In this document: in pieces, positions 25,394 to 36,530 of the stretch
Layout of the letters: every line of letters begins with the position of its first letter
Position numbering within the stretch: position 1 is the stretch's first letter
NCBI GenBank assembly: GCA_013265495.1
Contig: MU058065.1
Coordinates: 2,953,003-3,017,002, forward strand
Direction of reading: 5' to 3'
Origin: Vicugna vicugna
Lineage: Eukaryota
DNA length: 64,000 nt
Translations under genes and position numbers: made by a program
The notes under the pieces: model-generated
Database searches by the model: none
Told to the model about the DNA's origin: nothing
Seen by the model: the letters and a program-made list of their open reading frames with translations, nothing else

Positions 25394-25525
25394 CAAGGGC
25401 TGGCAAATTTGTCCCGAGTCCTGAATTCCTAAATCGCCAAGCCCGAGAGCCTTCTTCCTCCGTGTGGGGCTCAGCGCTCTGACAGCTCGGCTGCTGCACT
25501 TGGGATATATAGTCAAGAAATACAT
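25394..25525 (-). other. KCNE4: KCNE4 exon 1 region (5' UTR; homolog of the human KCNE4L N-terminal extension segment)
   Basis: Ends in a consensus donor; translates from ATG 25525 as MYFLTIYPKCSSRAVRALSPTRRKKALGLGDLGIQDSGQ, resembling the recalled human extension MHFLTIYPNCSSGVVRAQSRTEQKNPLGLDDLGIQNLGQ. True 5' end unknown (predicted ~25480 from TATA spacing). Confidence 0.8.
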
Positions 25526-25540
25526 CGTCACGTGTTCTGG
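25476..25540 (-). promoter_or_regulatory. Candidate KCNE4 core promoter: E-box/CRE half-site, TATA-like box, initiator
   Basis: Minus strand AGAACACGTGACG (CACGTG overlapping TGACG, ~25526-25538), TATATAT at 25511-25505 and GTCAGAG with A at 25480, 31 nt after the first T of the TATA. Confidence 0.55.
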
Positions 25541-27469
25541 GAGGAAAATTTACAACAGAGGTTGGTCGTGGCAGAGTGAACAGTGAACTCACAGCACTGC
25601 AGTTCAACTCACTGAACTTTGCAGCTGTGAAAAGAAAAAGACTGGGAAGCGGGAACTGCTTCTCACCCGTCAGCACCAAGCCAAGGTTTTCAGGTGGCCA
25701 TGAAAAAGGAGAAAAGAATGTGCCCAGTTGGAACTGTTCCCCTGAAGTCCAGTCTCACTGAAAATTAGTTCATACTCCATCTCCCTCTTGAGGAATAATC
25801 TGGATGTCTCTACAGGCTTTCAGAGACTGAGAGATACCATAATCCAGATAAAAGACAGTTGGAAGGCAGTGCAGGATTTACTGTCAAGGAACTAGGGCTA
25901 AAGTTTCAGCTCTTCCACTGACTATGCAAATGTAATAAATCCTCACTGAATCTTTCTGCACCTCGGATTCCTGATCTGTAAAATTGCTGGACGCGACAGA
26001 GAGGGGCTTCCATATGCAGAATTATATGAACGGTGTGAGCTTTTGAGTTTCTGTCGGCGTCATCATTCTAAGACTTAAGGCTGGAGAGTGTGGATGAGCC
26101 CTTTAAAGACACAGAGAGATCTCCCTATCTTCTGCATCATAATCTTATAATGCTCATAAATCTATATTTTTACAATAAAGAAACATGTATCTTCCAGATG
26201 CTTTTCAATCGTCTGTGTGAAGTAGAAACCGGTTGCAGTGCAAGAAACTTCACGTGGGCAAATTTTACTCCAATTCTCTGGCACGAAACTACTCCTGCGT
26301 AGCATCACACAGAGATCTTTCTCACATCTCTTCACTGTCAGGGGAGGAGCAGGTTGGGGGAGGAGCAGGAATTCTGGTGAGCAACTGAGCACAGTTCACA
26401 CTTTGAAAAAACCTAGTAGACCCTGTGTTAGAAATGGTCATGGGGCTCAAAATCGAAAAAAAGAATTGAAGACTTTGATGTTGGTCCATCTGCTCCCTGG
26501 GTTGCTTATTCTTTGAGGATGTCATCCTAAGTTGAAGTAAACTAGGAGTGATGCTCTGCCTCCAGTTGTCTGTGGCCTGTGAATCCTGAAGGCTTTCTTC
26601 CTCAGCTATGCCTGCAGTGGTTTGCTGGGGACACGAGAACAAGACAGACCTGTGAGATCGATGTCTGTTGATGGCTGATGCCAGTATTGTTGATTATGTA
26701 CCTAGGGACGGACGGATGGGATTAGTAATCACCCGGGGATGAACAGACAACGCAAACTAGAAGTTTTGAGGGAGCAGAAAGGAGGTGGGGAAAGGGGTTA
26801 CCAGACTTAAGGAGCAAAAAAATGTGAAGCCTGGTACCAGGAAGCCAAACAGAGGCTGAACTTTCAAACAAGATAAATCTTCAAAACCAGGCTGACAGTC
26901 CCAAGACATGGATGACTCTGGAATGATGTCCAAAGGATAAAACAATTCGAGGACATAGGAAGAACAAAATTCATTACGGGTGTAAGGGAGGGAACAACCC
27001 AAATGAAACTCTGCTGGGTGCCTTCTCAGTGTCCCTGCTTCCGCTGGGACCCGTGCTGACTCCGTGCCTGTGTTTCTCCCACAGTTAAGTGAAATGATGC
27101 GTGTAAAGCACTTACCACCACATCTGGTAGTCTGTGCTTTCTGTTGTCATTGCTGAAGGTGCCCTGTTGCTCCCAAGGGCTTCAGGTGGCTCCCTGATGG
27201 GCATGTGCCTGTCTCTGTATTTTTCATCGTTGCTCTTGTCTCTCCCACCAAGAATGGAATTTAAGATGTAGTGCTGGCAAACTCAAAACACAAAGCCCAA
27301 TCTTCTCTCCAGCCCTCATTCATATCAACATGCTGAGAACTATGGCAGTGAGTAATGGTATAAATAGCATTCTCTCCCTGACAGAGGGCACGAGTGGAAA
27401 CGCACGAGAGTTATGGGTTACGTCTACTTTCTACCACAGTATCCAGAGACAGCAACGTTAAAGAAACAA

Positions 27470-27915
27470 ACCCATTTACAAATATGTCCTCCTAGTCTGT
27501 GGCTTGCATTTCTATTTTTTAATAGTGTCTTCTGAAGAGCAAATATTTCTTAAGCCCAACCTATCAAAATTTTTTAGAGTTTGTGTTTTCTGTGTCCTAA
27601 AAAAATTTTGTCTAACCCAAGGTCGTAAAGATTTTCTCTTATTTTTCTCTTTGAAGTTTTATAGCTTTAGCTCTTACATTTAGGTCTATGATCCATTTCA
27701 AGTTAATTTTTCAAGTTAATATAAGGCAAAGTATAGATCAAAGTTTATTTTCCTTTTTGCATGTGGATGTCCAATTGCTCCAGCACCATTGGTTGCAAAG
27801 ACTATCCTCTTCCCAATGAATTATTTTGGAATCTTTGTTAAAAATCAGTTTACAATTGGTCTGTTTCTGAGCTCGTTAATCTGTTCTTTGGATCTGTCTG
27901 TCTATCCTTGATTCA
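27470..27915 (-). mobile_element. L1M ORF2 fragment
   Basis: catttaggtctatgatccatttc, gatgtccaattgctccagcaccattggttg. Confidence 0.85.
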
Positions 27916-27959
27916 ATGTCATGCTCCTTTGATAAATCCATTCCGAACTGGCATTTTTA

Positions 27960-28165
27960 ATGAGCAGGCCATCCCTGAGTGTCTGTTATGTACCAGGCAC
28001 TGGGAGAGGCTTCCTTCTGTCCTGTGTGGTATCACCAGAACCATTCCATATATAAGGAAACTGAAGGTCGGAGAGACTAAACGAATTGCTCGAAACCATC
28101 TCATTCATAGTAGAGTCAGGGTTTGAGCCCAGGTCTGTACAATTCCAGAACCCATTCTCTTTCCC
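27960..28165 (-). mobile_element. MIR
   Basis: tatgtaccaggcactg...aaggaaactgaagg...gtttgagcccaggtctg. Confidence 0.65.
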
Positions 28166-28699
28166 CTACCCTTTGTCTCACTCAGTGGGAACCAGAAAAG
28201 GAACTGAGATAGAGTGGAAAAGCAAAAATAGATATTTTTTCAACTTCTTTTGAGTCTTCATAAAAAATTTTTTTGTAAGGTGAATTCCTAGATGGCCAGA
28301 TACTGGAGCATAGATGCAACCATACAATTATAAAATGTTTCTTCCACATTCATGCTGTTTTAAATATTGGAGGCTATACCAACCTTAGTATATTCTGGAA
28401 GTTATTGGTGAGGTAGTAATACTTTTATCATATACCCTTATTTCCCATAGTAAAACAGTTTCCATTTTGCTTATGTCTACAACTGATTTCTGGTCTTGTT
28501 TTGATTTTTTTTTTCCCTACTTGATCCTGACACACAACTTTCTCCAGAGCTTTGAGTTTTTTAAATTCCTGGTAACGTCATTTTCACCAGATGACCCAAG
28601 GGTCCTTGACCACACATCTCTGAAATTATGTTAGCAGCTTCTGTGACTAAACAAACTCTGTGCTGGGATAACAGCGCGGCGGTGAATCTCATCAGATTA

Positions 28700-28900
28700 A
28701 ACGTAAATCTGGAGCCCAGAGATTTGACCCAGCTCAGCCTCATCCATGCTACGTGACTGGCTAAGTTGCATAATTTCTCTGTGTTCAGTTTTAGCCCCCT
28801 CAGGCATGTCAAAAGTAGGATAATTAATTGTCTCAAGATGCTCAAAAATGTCCCATAATCCATGAGGATATCCGTGTCCTGAGTAGACAGTAAGGAAAAA
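28700..28900 (+). mobile_element. MIR
   Basis: ctggagcccagagatttg...gtgactggctaagttgcataatttctctgtgttcagttt. Confidence 0.5.
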
Positions 28901-29324
28901 AGCAGGACAAGATGTGGGGTAACCAGGCTGCAGGGCTGGTGAAATATTTCCTAATGAAACCCTCCGCTGCCCACCGTGATTTTGCTTTCCCAGAAACCCG
29001 TTCTGAAAAGTTGTGCCTGGGAACTCTTGCTGTGGTCATTCCTACTAATGCCCTGAGTCACCCTCCCTAGAAACTTACTTTCTAGCATGTCTAGCACTTG
29101 GAATAAAACAAGACTGGGTGTCTTATAATGTTTAAGAAGACCTCCAGACCTTAAAATACTAGCTATGTCTCCGGGGGATGTATCTGTAGGCAGGAACTGC
29201 TTGGACATCACCCAGAAAAGATTTTAGGATGGAAGAACTCAGAACCTCTAAAATTAAATAGTGTATGGTAAACCTGTCATTAACTTGACTTTGTTATTTA
29301 TTATTGAAACGTTTTTCACCTGAT

Positions 29325-29595
29325 GTTTACTTAACAAGTACTTGCATAATGCCTGAAGCGTCTCGGGAACTGCTTTAAGCACTTTGCAAATTTTATCTTA
29401 TTTAATCTTCCGAAAGCTTCTGAGAGGTAAGCCTTATGAGCATCCCCATTATACAGATAAGGAAACGGAGGCGCAGAGTGGCTACAGTAGCCTGCCCAAT
29501 ACCACACAGCTTGTACGTGGCAGAGATGGCACTGGAACCCAGAGCTGAGATTTTGAACCCAGATTCTTTGCGTCTAACCATTATACCATGTCGTC
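29325..29595 (-). mobile_element. MIR, near full length
   Basis: ttatttaatcttc...atccccattatacagataaggaaacggaggcgcagag...ctaaccattatacc. Confidence 0.75.
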
Positions 29596-31029
29596 TCTTC
29601 TAGTTATTGAGTTATTGTGCTACTCATTGGAACTGTAATAGGTGAAAGGAAAGAGAGAGATGGACAGACAGACAGAGAGTGGGTCTAAGTGTCTCCTACA
29701 GCCTACAACCTGCTGGACACAAAGGACTGGGCTCATACCCACACATGGAAAAAGCAGAAGGGGACTGTGTTCGGCCCTGGCTCTGGAGAGAGGTGCCTGA
29801 GTTAGGAAATCCATGCTCCTAGAGTTTGTCAGGAGAAAAGTATGACAGTGCATCTGATAGGCCAGATGTTTGCCACGTGGGTAGGGAACACAGACCTGGG
29901 ATACAGGCTAGTTCCTGCCCAAGATGATGGCCGAGAGGCTGAGGAAGGAGATGCGTTCCCCACGTTCAAAGGAAGTGCCTGGGATGGCATCAGAGGTCAT
30001 AGCCCTGCCCACCAATGGCTCCCAGTCTGCCCAAGGCCCAAGGGGTCAGGGGTAACATTGAGGGAGGATGGAATGTGGCATAAGCAGCTTTAACTCTAAG
30101 TGAACTTGAGGAATTTTGACCATGATGTGGCAATGAACATCTTAATTACTGAACTGAGGCTGTTTGGGAAGACTGGAGGAGCCAGGGGATTTTTATTACC
30201 TCAGAGTGACCAGAAAAGTGTGGGATCTTCCCGCAAATTTCCATCACAGGCAGGGGAGGAACTGGCCCTAGAAAACTCATCTGAAGACGTAGTGGGACTC
30301 AACATAAAGGTTTGATTCATTATGACTCCCTGCAAGTCTGGCTTGTTTATCATAAGATTACATGTGCAAAATGCTTAGATCTGTGCCTAGAACTAGCAAG
30401 AGTTCATTTATCGTAAATATTAAATAACATTAGAAATGTGTGAAAAGACAACATTTGGGGAGATCCATGGCATTATCAGTCCTAAATTTAAGTTGAAGAA
30501 TCATACGTTGATTGTTCACTATTTTATTCCCAGCACCTAGAAGGGTACTTGGCCCACAGTAAACCTTCAAGAAATACTTGTTGAATGAGTAACAGAAAGA
30601 ATGTGCTAAGTTCTCCTGACAGACTTTCTTATTTAATGTTCATAAGAGCCCAGTAGGGCAATGATCAGCAAAATTTTTTAAATATGGAAAGTGGGACCTG
30701 AAAAGGTGAGTAAATCTTCCCACTCACACAGCAGGACAGAGCAGAGCAGGGAGGGACCATTCTGCCTTCTGCTGAAATCTTGCCAGACACGTACTCCATT
30801 CCTGGGTTGCACACTACTCAGTGGTTGTGGTCACTTCCTCTGACCCCAGCTAATAAAGGGGTCAGAGCCGGCTTTGGAGCCACGTGAAAAGAAGGGCGCT
30901 TAATGAAGGGCTTCAGGATTCCAGCTGAGACAGGCAAAGCTGACAATCTTTCAAAGAAAAGTTTTGAAGCCCTTGAAAGATTTTCTTAACACCTCCCAAG
31001 TACCAGGTTATCAGATGATAACACAGAAG

Positions 31030-31225
31030 CCAATAAAAACTGAGAGATGAACTGTAGCTAATAGCACAATACTGTATACTTATAAGGGGTTGAGGGTAGA
31101 CCTGAAGCATTTTCACTATACACACACAAAACTTGGCTATGTTAACTATGTGAGGTGATGGATGTGTGAATTATACAATTATATATGTCAATTATTCCTC
31201 AGTAAGGTTTTAAAAAATTAAAACT
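31030..31225 (+). mobile_element. L1MB 3' terminal fragment
   Basis: gagggtagacctgaagcattttcac...taactatgtgaggtgatggatgtg...tgtcaattattcctcagtaa. Confidence 0.75.
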
Positions 31226-32479
31226 AAGCGACAGAGCTGGAATCTAAAGCACAGGACAGCTCATGGCCACCAGCCCATGAAGAGTCTGTATTTTGTCATG
31301 GCTGTATCTGTACAAGCAGTCAGGGTCCACCCAGCGGACAAGGAGAATGCGCAGCTTGTCAAGGAGAGCTCATCCAGTGATGCCAGGCAGGGAGGATTGC
31401 CTCTCCAGCCACAGCTGGGACCTAAAGATACCAAACCAGCTCTTTATGCACTGTAGCAATTGTGGGTCACTTCCCACACGTGACCAAGGAGAAGGAACAT
31501 CTGGATCCTGGACGGTTGAGTCTGAGAGCCAGGGCCACACTGAGAGGCAAGCATTCCTTCTAAGTCAAGAAATACTTCACTCCTGCACTGGAGCAGGAAG
31601 CAAAAGATTACATGCTGGATAGTGAGCTTGAGGAGAGGAGAATGTAGCCCCATCCTGCCAGGGGAGTCCTGGGGAGTGAGGAAGTCACATGATAAGTTCA
31701 GCAGATCCACGGCTAGATGTCTCAGATCAAAATTCTCAGAAATTTCAGCCAAGGGCATGTCGTGGTCCTGGCCCCAGGCTCCACTGTGCATAACCTGTAT
31801 TAATGATATATTCATTTGGTCTGCATCTGTTCATTTATTCATTTGTTGATTCATTTAGTCAAATAGATCTATATGTCCTGCAACCTAGACCAATAGCTAT
31901 TTCCTGAAATGCAAGGGTCAAAACAACAACAACAAAATGATTGATTGCAAAGAAATAAGTCAAAATAAAACTTAGTATTGCACAGCAGTGGCTGGCATCG
32001 GGGCTTTGTCAGGTCCCAGCTTCTTGGCTGAATACTGCTGGCTGCCTCTTTGAACAGGACCAAACATTTGTCTACAATGAGTCACACTCCAACTGCCAGC
32101 AGCGCAGACACAGGGCTGGGATCTCAGAGCGCTGCACCGCCGTGGCGCTCGGGCCTCCGCGATCGCCTAGCGTGAGAGCAGTGGGGATCAGCCCGGCGAA
32201 GACACTGGGACAGGCCCAACCCCAGAAGGCCCGGCCCTGAAGGCAAGTCTCCTGGGAAACAAACTCTTTTTTTTTTTTTTTCCCCCGATAAGAAAAAACT
32301 ATCCAAAGCTCATCTGAAACTGTGCTCTATGCCTTTGCTTTTATTTCTCGTGTAAAAGAGGTAGGTGTTTCCTTAGGAGTACAAGGGCAAATTCTACCTA
32401 TTTCGTCCGGCTAAGAAAAGGTTGATTAGATCATCCGAGCCACCTAGGCACGAGGAGAGAAATGATAATCACCTTAGCA

Positions 32480-32700
32480 GCAAGGCAGAGCAGTGAATTA
32501 TTGAAAATCACAGATTCCAGAATCAGATGCCTGCACTTGAGTCCCATTTCTGCCACTTTCCAGCTGTGTGGCCCTAGACAATTTATTGAACCCATCCGCG
32601 CCTTGATTACCCTTGTTGTAAGGACTAAATAAGGTCATGGATAAGGACTTTGCACATTGTCTGGCACCTACTAGGCACGTCATAACTTAGCTATTACTGT
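32480..32700 (+). mobile_element. MIR
   Basis: gaatcagatgcctg...cagctgtgtggccctagacaatttattgaac...gtctggcacctactaggcac. Confidence 0.65.
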
Positions 32701-32734
32701 TAGTCCTGACCAGGGCAGGGCAATGTGCCTAACA

Positions 32735-34715
32735 TTTTTTTTTAATTGAGATATCATTTCCACCCCATAAAATTCACCATTTTAAAGTGTACAGTTCTGT
32801 GGGGTTTAACCTATTCATAACGTTGTGCAACCATCACTATCTAATTCCAGAACGTTTTCATCATTCCAAACACAAAGCCCATCCTCAATGCCAGTTACAC
32901 CGTTCCCACTCCCCAAATCTACTAGCACTCTTTCTGTCTCTGTGAATTTGCCTATTCAGAACATTTCATAGAAATAGAATCACACAATATGTGACTCTTT
33001 GCAACTGGCTTTTTTCACTTAGCCTTCAAGTTTCATCCCTGTTGTAACATACGTCAATACTTCATTCTTTTTTAAGGCTGAATAATACTCCATTGTATGG
33101 CTAGATCACATTTTGTCTATCCATTCATCATTGAATGAGTATTTGGGTTGTTTCTTCTTTATATCTATTGTGGATAATGCTGCTGTAAACATTTTCATAT
33201 AGCTTTTTGTTTGAACGTATGTTTTCAGTTCTTTTGGATATATACCTAAGAGTGGAATGACTGGATCATATAGGAATTCTACGTTTAACTTTTTGAAGAA
33301 CCACCAAACTCTTTTCCACAGAGACTACACAATTTTACATTCCTACCAACAATTTTTGAGGGTTTCAGTTGCTCCACATTCTGGTCAACACTTACTTTTC
33401 TGCATTTGACTATAACAATCCTAGTGACTGTGAAGTAGTATTGTGGTTTTAATGTGCACTTCCCTAATAGCTAGAGATATTTAACATCTTTTTATATGTT
33501 TATTGGCCATTTATGTATCTTCTTTGAAAAAAATGTCTGTCAAAGTCTTTTGCCCATTTTTTAATTGGATTCATCTTTATATTGTTGTGTTGTAAGAATT
33601 GTTTATATATTCTGGATAATAAACCCTGATCAGATGTATGATTTGCAAATATTTTCCCACATTCTATAAATTGCTTTTTCATATTCTTGTTAGTGCCTTT
33701 GACGTACAAAAGTTTTTAATTTTAATAAAGTCCATTAATCTATTTTTCCTTTTGTTGCCAATACTTTTGGTATTATATCTAAGAAACTGCTATCTCATCC
33801 AAGGTCACAAAGACCTATATTTCCTTCCAAAATTGTATAGCTTTAGCTCTTGCATTTAGTTCGTTGATCCATTTTTTTATTTAACTTTTGTATATGGTGT
33901 GAGGTAGAGGTTCAAATTCATTTTTTGTGTGTAAATATCCAGTTGTACTGACGTCATTTGGTAAAAAAACTATTCCTTTCCCCACTGAATGGGCTTGATA
34001 CCCTTGTGGAAGCTCAACTGAACATAGATGTATGGGTTTTATTTGGGGCTTTCCATTCTATTGATTTGTATGTCTAGCCTTATGCCAGTACCATATTGTT
34101 TTGAATTATGTACCTTTGTAGTAAGATTTGAAATCAGGAAGTGTTAGTCTTCCAACTTTGTTTCTCTCTCTTAAGACTGTTTCGGCTATTCTGGATCCAT
34201 TGTGATTTCATATGAATTTTAGGGGATCAGCTTGTATATTTCTAAAAAAAAAAAAAAAGACAGTATTTTGACAGTTATTATATTGAACCTGTAGGTCATT
34301 TGGGGGAGTACTGCTATCTTAATAATATCAAATCTTCCAATGCATGAACACAGGATGACTTTCCATTTACTTAGATTTTTTATTTCTTACAACAAAGTTT
34401 TGTTGTCTTCTGTGCACAAGCTTTGTACTCCATTTGGTTAATGTATTACTAAGTATTTGACTCTTTTTGCTGCTATGGTAAATGGAATTGCTTTTTTCAT
34501 TTTATGTTCAGATTGTTCATTGCTAGTGTATAGAGATACAATTAACCTTATATATTATTTTTATATCCTGGAATCATGTTGAATTTATTTATTAATTCTA
34601 ACAAGGTTTTTAGTGAATTTCTTAAATATTTCTATGTATCTGATCACATCATCTGCAGATAGAGATATCTTCACTTCCTCCTTTTCCATCTGGATGACTT
34701 TATTTCCTTTCCTTT
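32735..34715 (-). mobile_element. L1MB-like LINE, ORF2 from the RT FADD motif to the poly(A) tail
   Basis: Poly-T head, aaaattcaccattttaaagtgtacag 3' UTR; minus-strand EEVKISLSADDVI at 34680-34642 (RT motif), otherwise degenerate. Confidence 0.92.
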
Positions 34716-34719
34716 CTAA

Positions 34720-35690
34720 ATGTTTCTTTGTTCACCAAATTCTCTGGATTAATTCTGCACTATCTGTATTCTTTGTCATGTGTGGCCACTGACGTCTCTA
34801 CTCAGTTAGTTTAGTGGTTAGCTAATGTCTGAACAGAGATTTACTTAAATTCCTAGAACCAAAAATTTCCCTATTCTTGACCATATTGGGATGTGTATTC
34901 AACCCTGAGATGGGCAATTTACAGCTCTGCCTTAGCCTTCACTTCCCACATGCACAGTGCCTCAGAGTCAGCCAGAGTCTTTCCTGAGCCTGCACCTCCT
35001 CCCATGCACACATGTGACTTTCTAGATTCCCCGGAATATGTCAGAGCTTTTCAAAGCCCCTGTGAACATCTCATTCCTCAGTTTATTCCTTTTAATTTTT
35101 TATTTCTGGTTGTGTTTTTGTTTTGTTTTGTTTTGTTTTTGGTAAGTGTACTGTTTGCCCCAACCATTATCCACTGACTCAGGCAGTCACAAAGTTAATC
35201 AGTTGCCTCTGATTGCTTTAACAAGTGCTTCTGGGTAAAAGGCATTTTTCACTAGACAAGCTCTGAGTCAAGAAACTAAAGTAGCCTTGCAAATAGGGTC
35301 TCCCGGGGAATAACCAGAATGGTAAAATAATGACCATTCTCTAGAAATGAAGCTTTGAAGGAGCTCCCATCCCACTCTGCTCCCTCTGGTGGCTGCCAGA
35401 CTACTGGATTTCAGTGTGATTTCATTTTCAGGCTGCTAATTTTTAAGGCTACTGCACAGCTGAAGAAGAAGATACACATAAGCTAACTTAAAGCACCATA
35501 ACTCTTCCTGTTCTTACTGAGAGTCAGCCATTTTTCCTGAATATACACTTCCCAGATCGCTGCAAGCCTTTGGTTCGTTTCCAGAGTTCTGAAAAAGTTG
35601 ATTCTGACCGTTTTTGTCAGTTTTCTTGTTGCTTTTACGGAGGAGAGCATTTTCAGAGGCCCTTACTCTGCCGTTTCCACTGACATTGCT
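34720..35690 (-). mobile_element. L1M3/L1M4-type 5' UTR
   Basis: Minus strand atgtcagtggaaacggcagagtaagggcctctgaaaatgctctcctccgtaaaagcaac...gtcagaatcaactttttcagaactctggaaa matches the recalled L1M 5' terminal consensus. Confidence 0.75.
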
Positions 35691-35704
35691 TCTGCCTAGC
35701 CGTG

Positions 35705-35985
35705 TGCACGCAGTATGGCATCGTGGTCAGAGCTTAGGCTCTGACAGCCAGGCTGCCTGGGTTCAAATCTCAGCTCTCCCAGTAACTAGCTCTGTCACCT
35801 TTCTTGGTTAAGTTCCTCAGCTTCTCTGTTGAGAACTGCTTCAATTTCCATCTCTAAGAGGCAGAGCTGTAATAATAGTATCTAGTGCATAGGATTGTCA
35901 TAAAGATGGAGCATTAATACATGAAGGAAGCTAGGACAGTTCGCAGCACATAGTAACTGCTCAGTAAATATTGGTGTTATTGACA
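35705..35985 (+). mobile_element. MIR, near full length
   Basis: gcagtatggcatcgtggtcagagc...cctgggttcaaatctcagctct...cagcacatagtaactgctcagtaaatatt. Confidence 0.8.
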
Positions 35986-36316
35986 CTGTCATTCTTCTGT
36001 TGTTATTACCTCAGTCTTATGAGCACTGCTGGGGGAAGTGCTATTATTCTGTCCTTGACAAATGAAGAAAGGAGCAGAGAGGGGTTAAGCAGCTTTCCAG
36101 GGTTCACGTAGCTAGTAGTCCTGACAGTGCTGCTGCAAACCAGGGTGCAAGGTGATCCCCCAGTTTATGTCTTCACGTGCCCCTGACCAGCCATGAAAGG
36201 AGTCAGCGCCTGGAGGCAAATATAACAAAGACTGAGCTCCATTCCTGGGAACACTGTGGAAACCTCCCCCCCAAGTAAGGACTGGAGACTCCCACTGCAC
36301 CTCCCTTTTCTCAGTA

Positions 36317-36530
36317 CAGACGGTCCCCAACTTATAATGGTTCAACTTATAATTTTCAACTTTATGGCGCATGAAGCAATAGGCATTCGGTAGAAACCAG
36401 ACTTTGAATTTGGACTTCTGATCTATTTCCTGGAGCTAGGGACATGTGGTGGGGTACTCTGTCCTGATTCTGGGCAGTGGCAGCAAGCCACGGCTCCTGG
36501 TCAGCCAAGCAATCTCAAGAGTGAAAAAGG
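36317..36530. mobile_element. Tigger3/MER47-type TcMar DNA transposon fragment
   Basis: TA|cagacggtccccaacttataatggttcaacttataatttt...tgggcagtggcagcaagccacggctcc. Confidence 0.8.

Noticed and set aside
25524..25538. Possible androgen/glucocorticoid response element at the promoter
   Set aside because: Only one AGAACA half-site; the partner position reads GACGAT.
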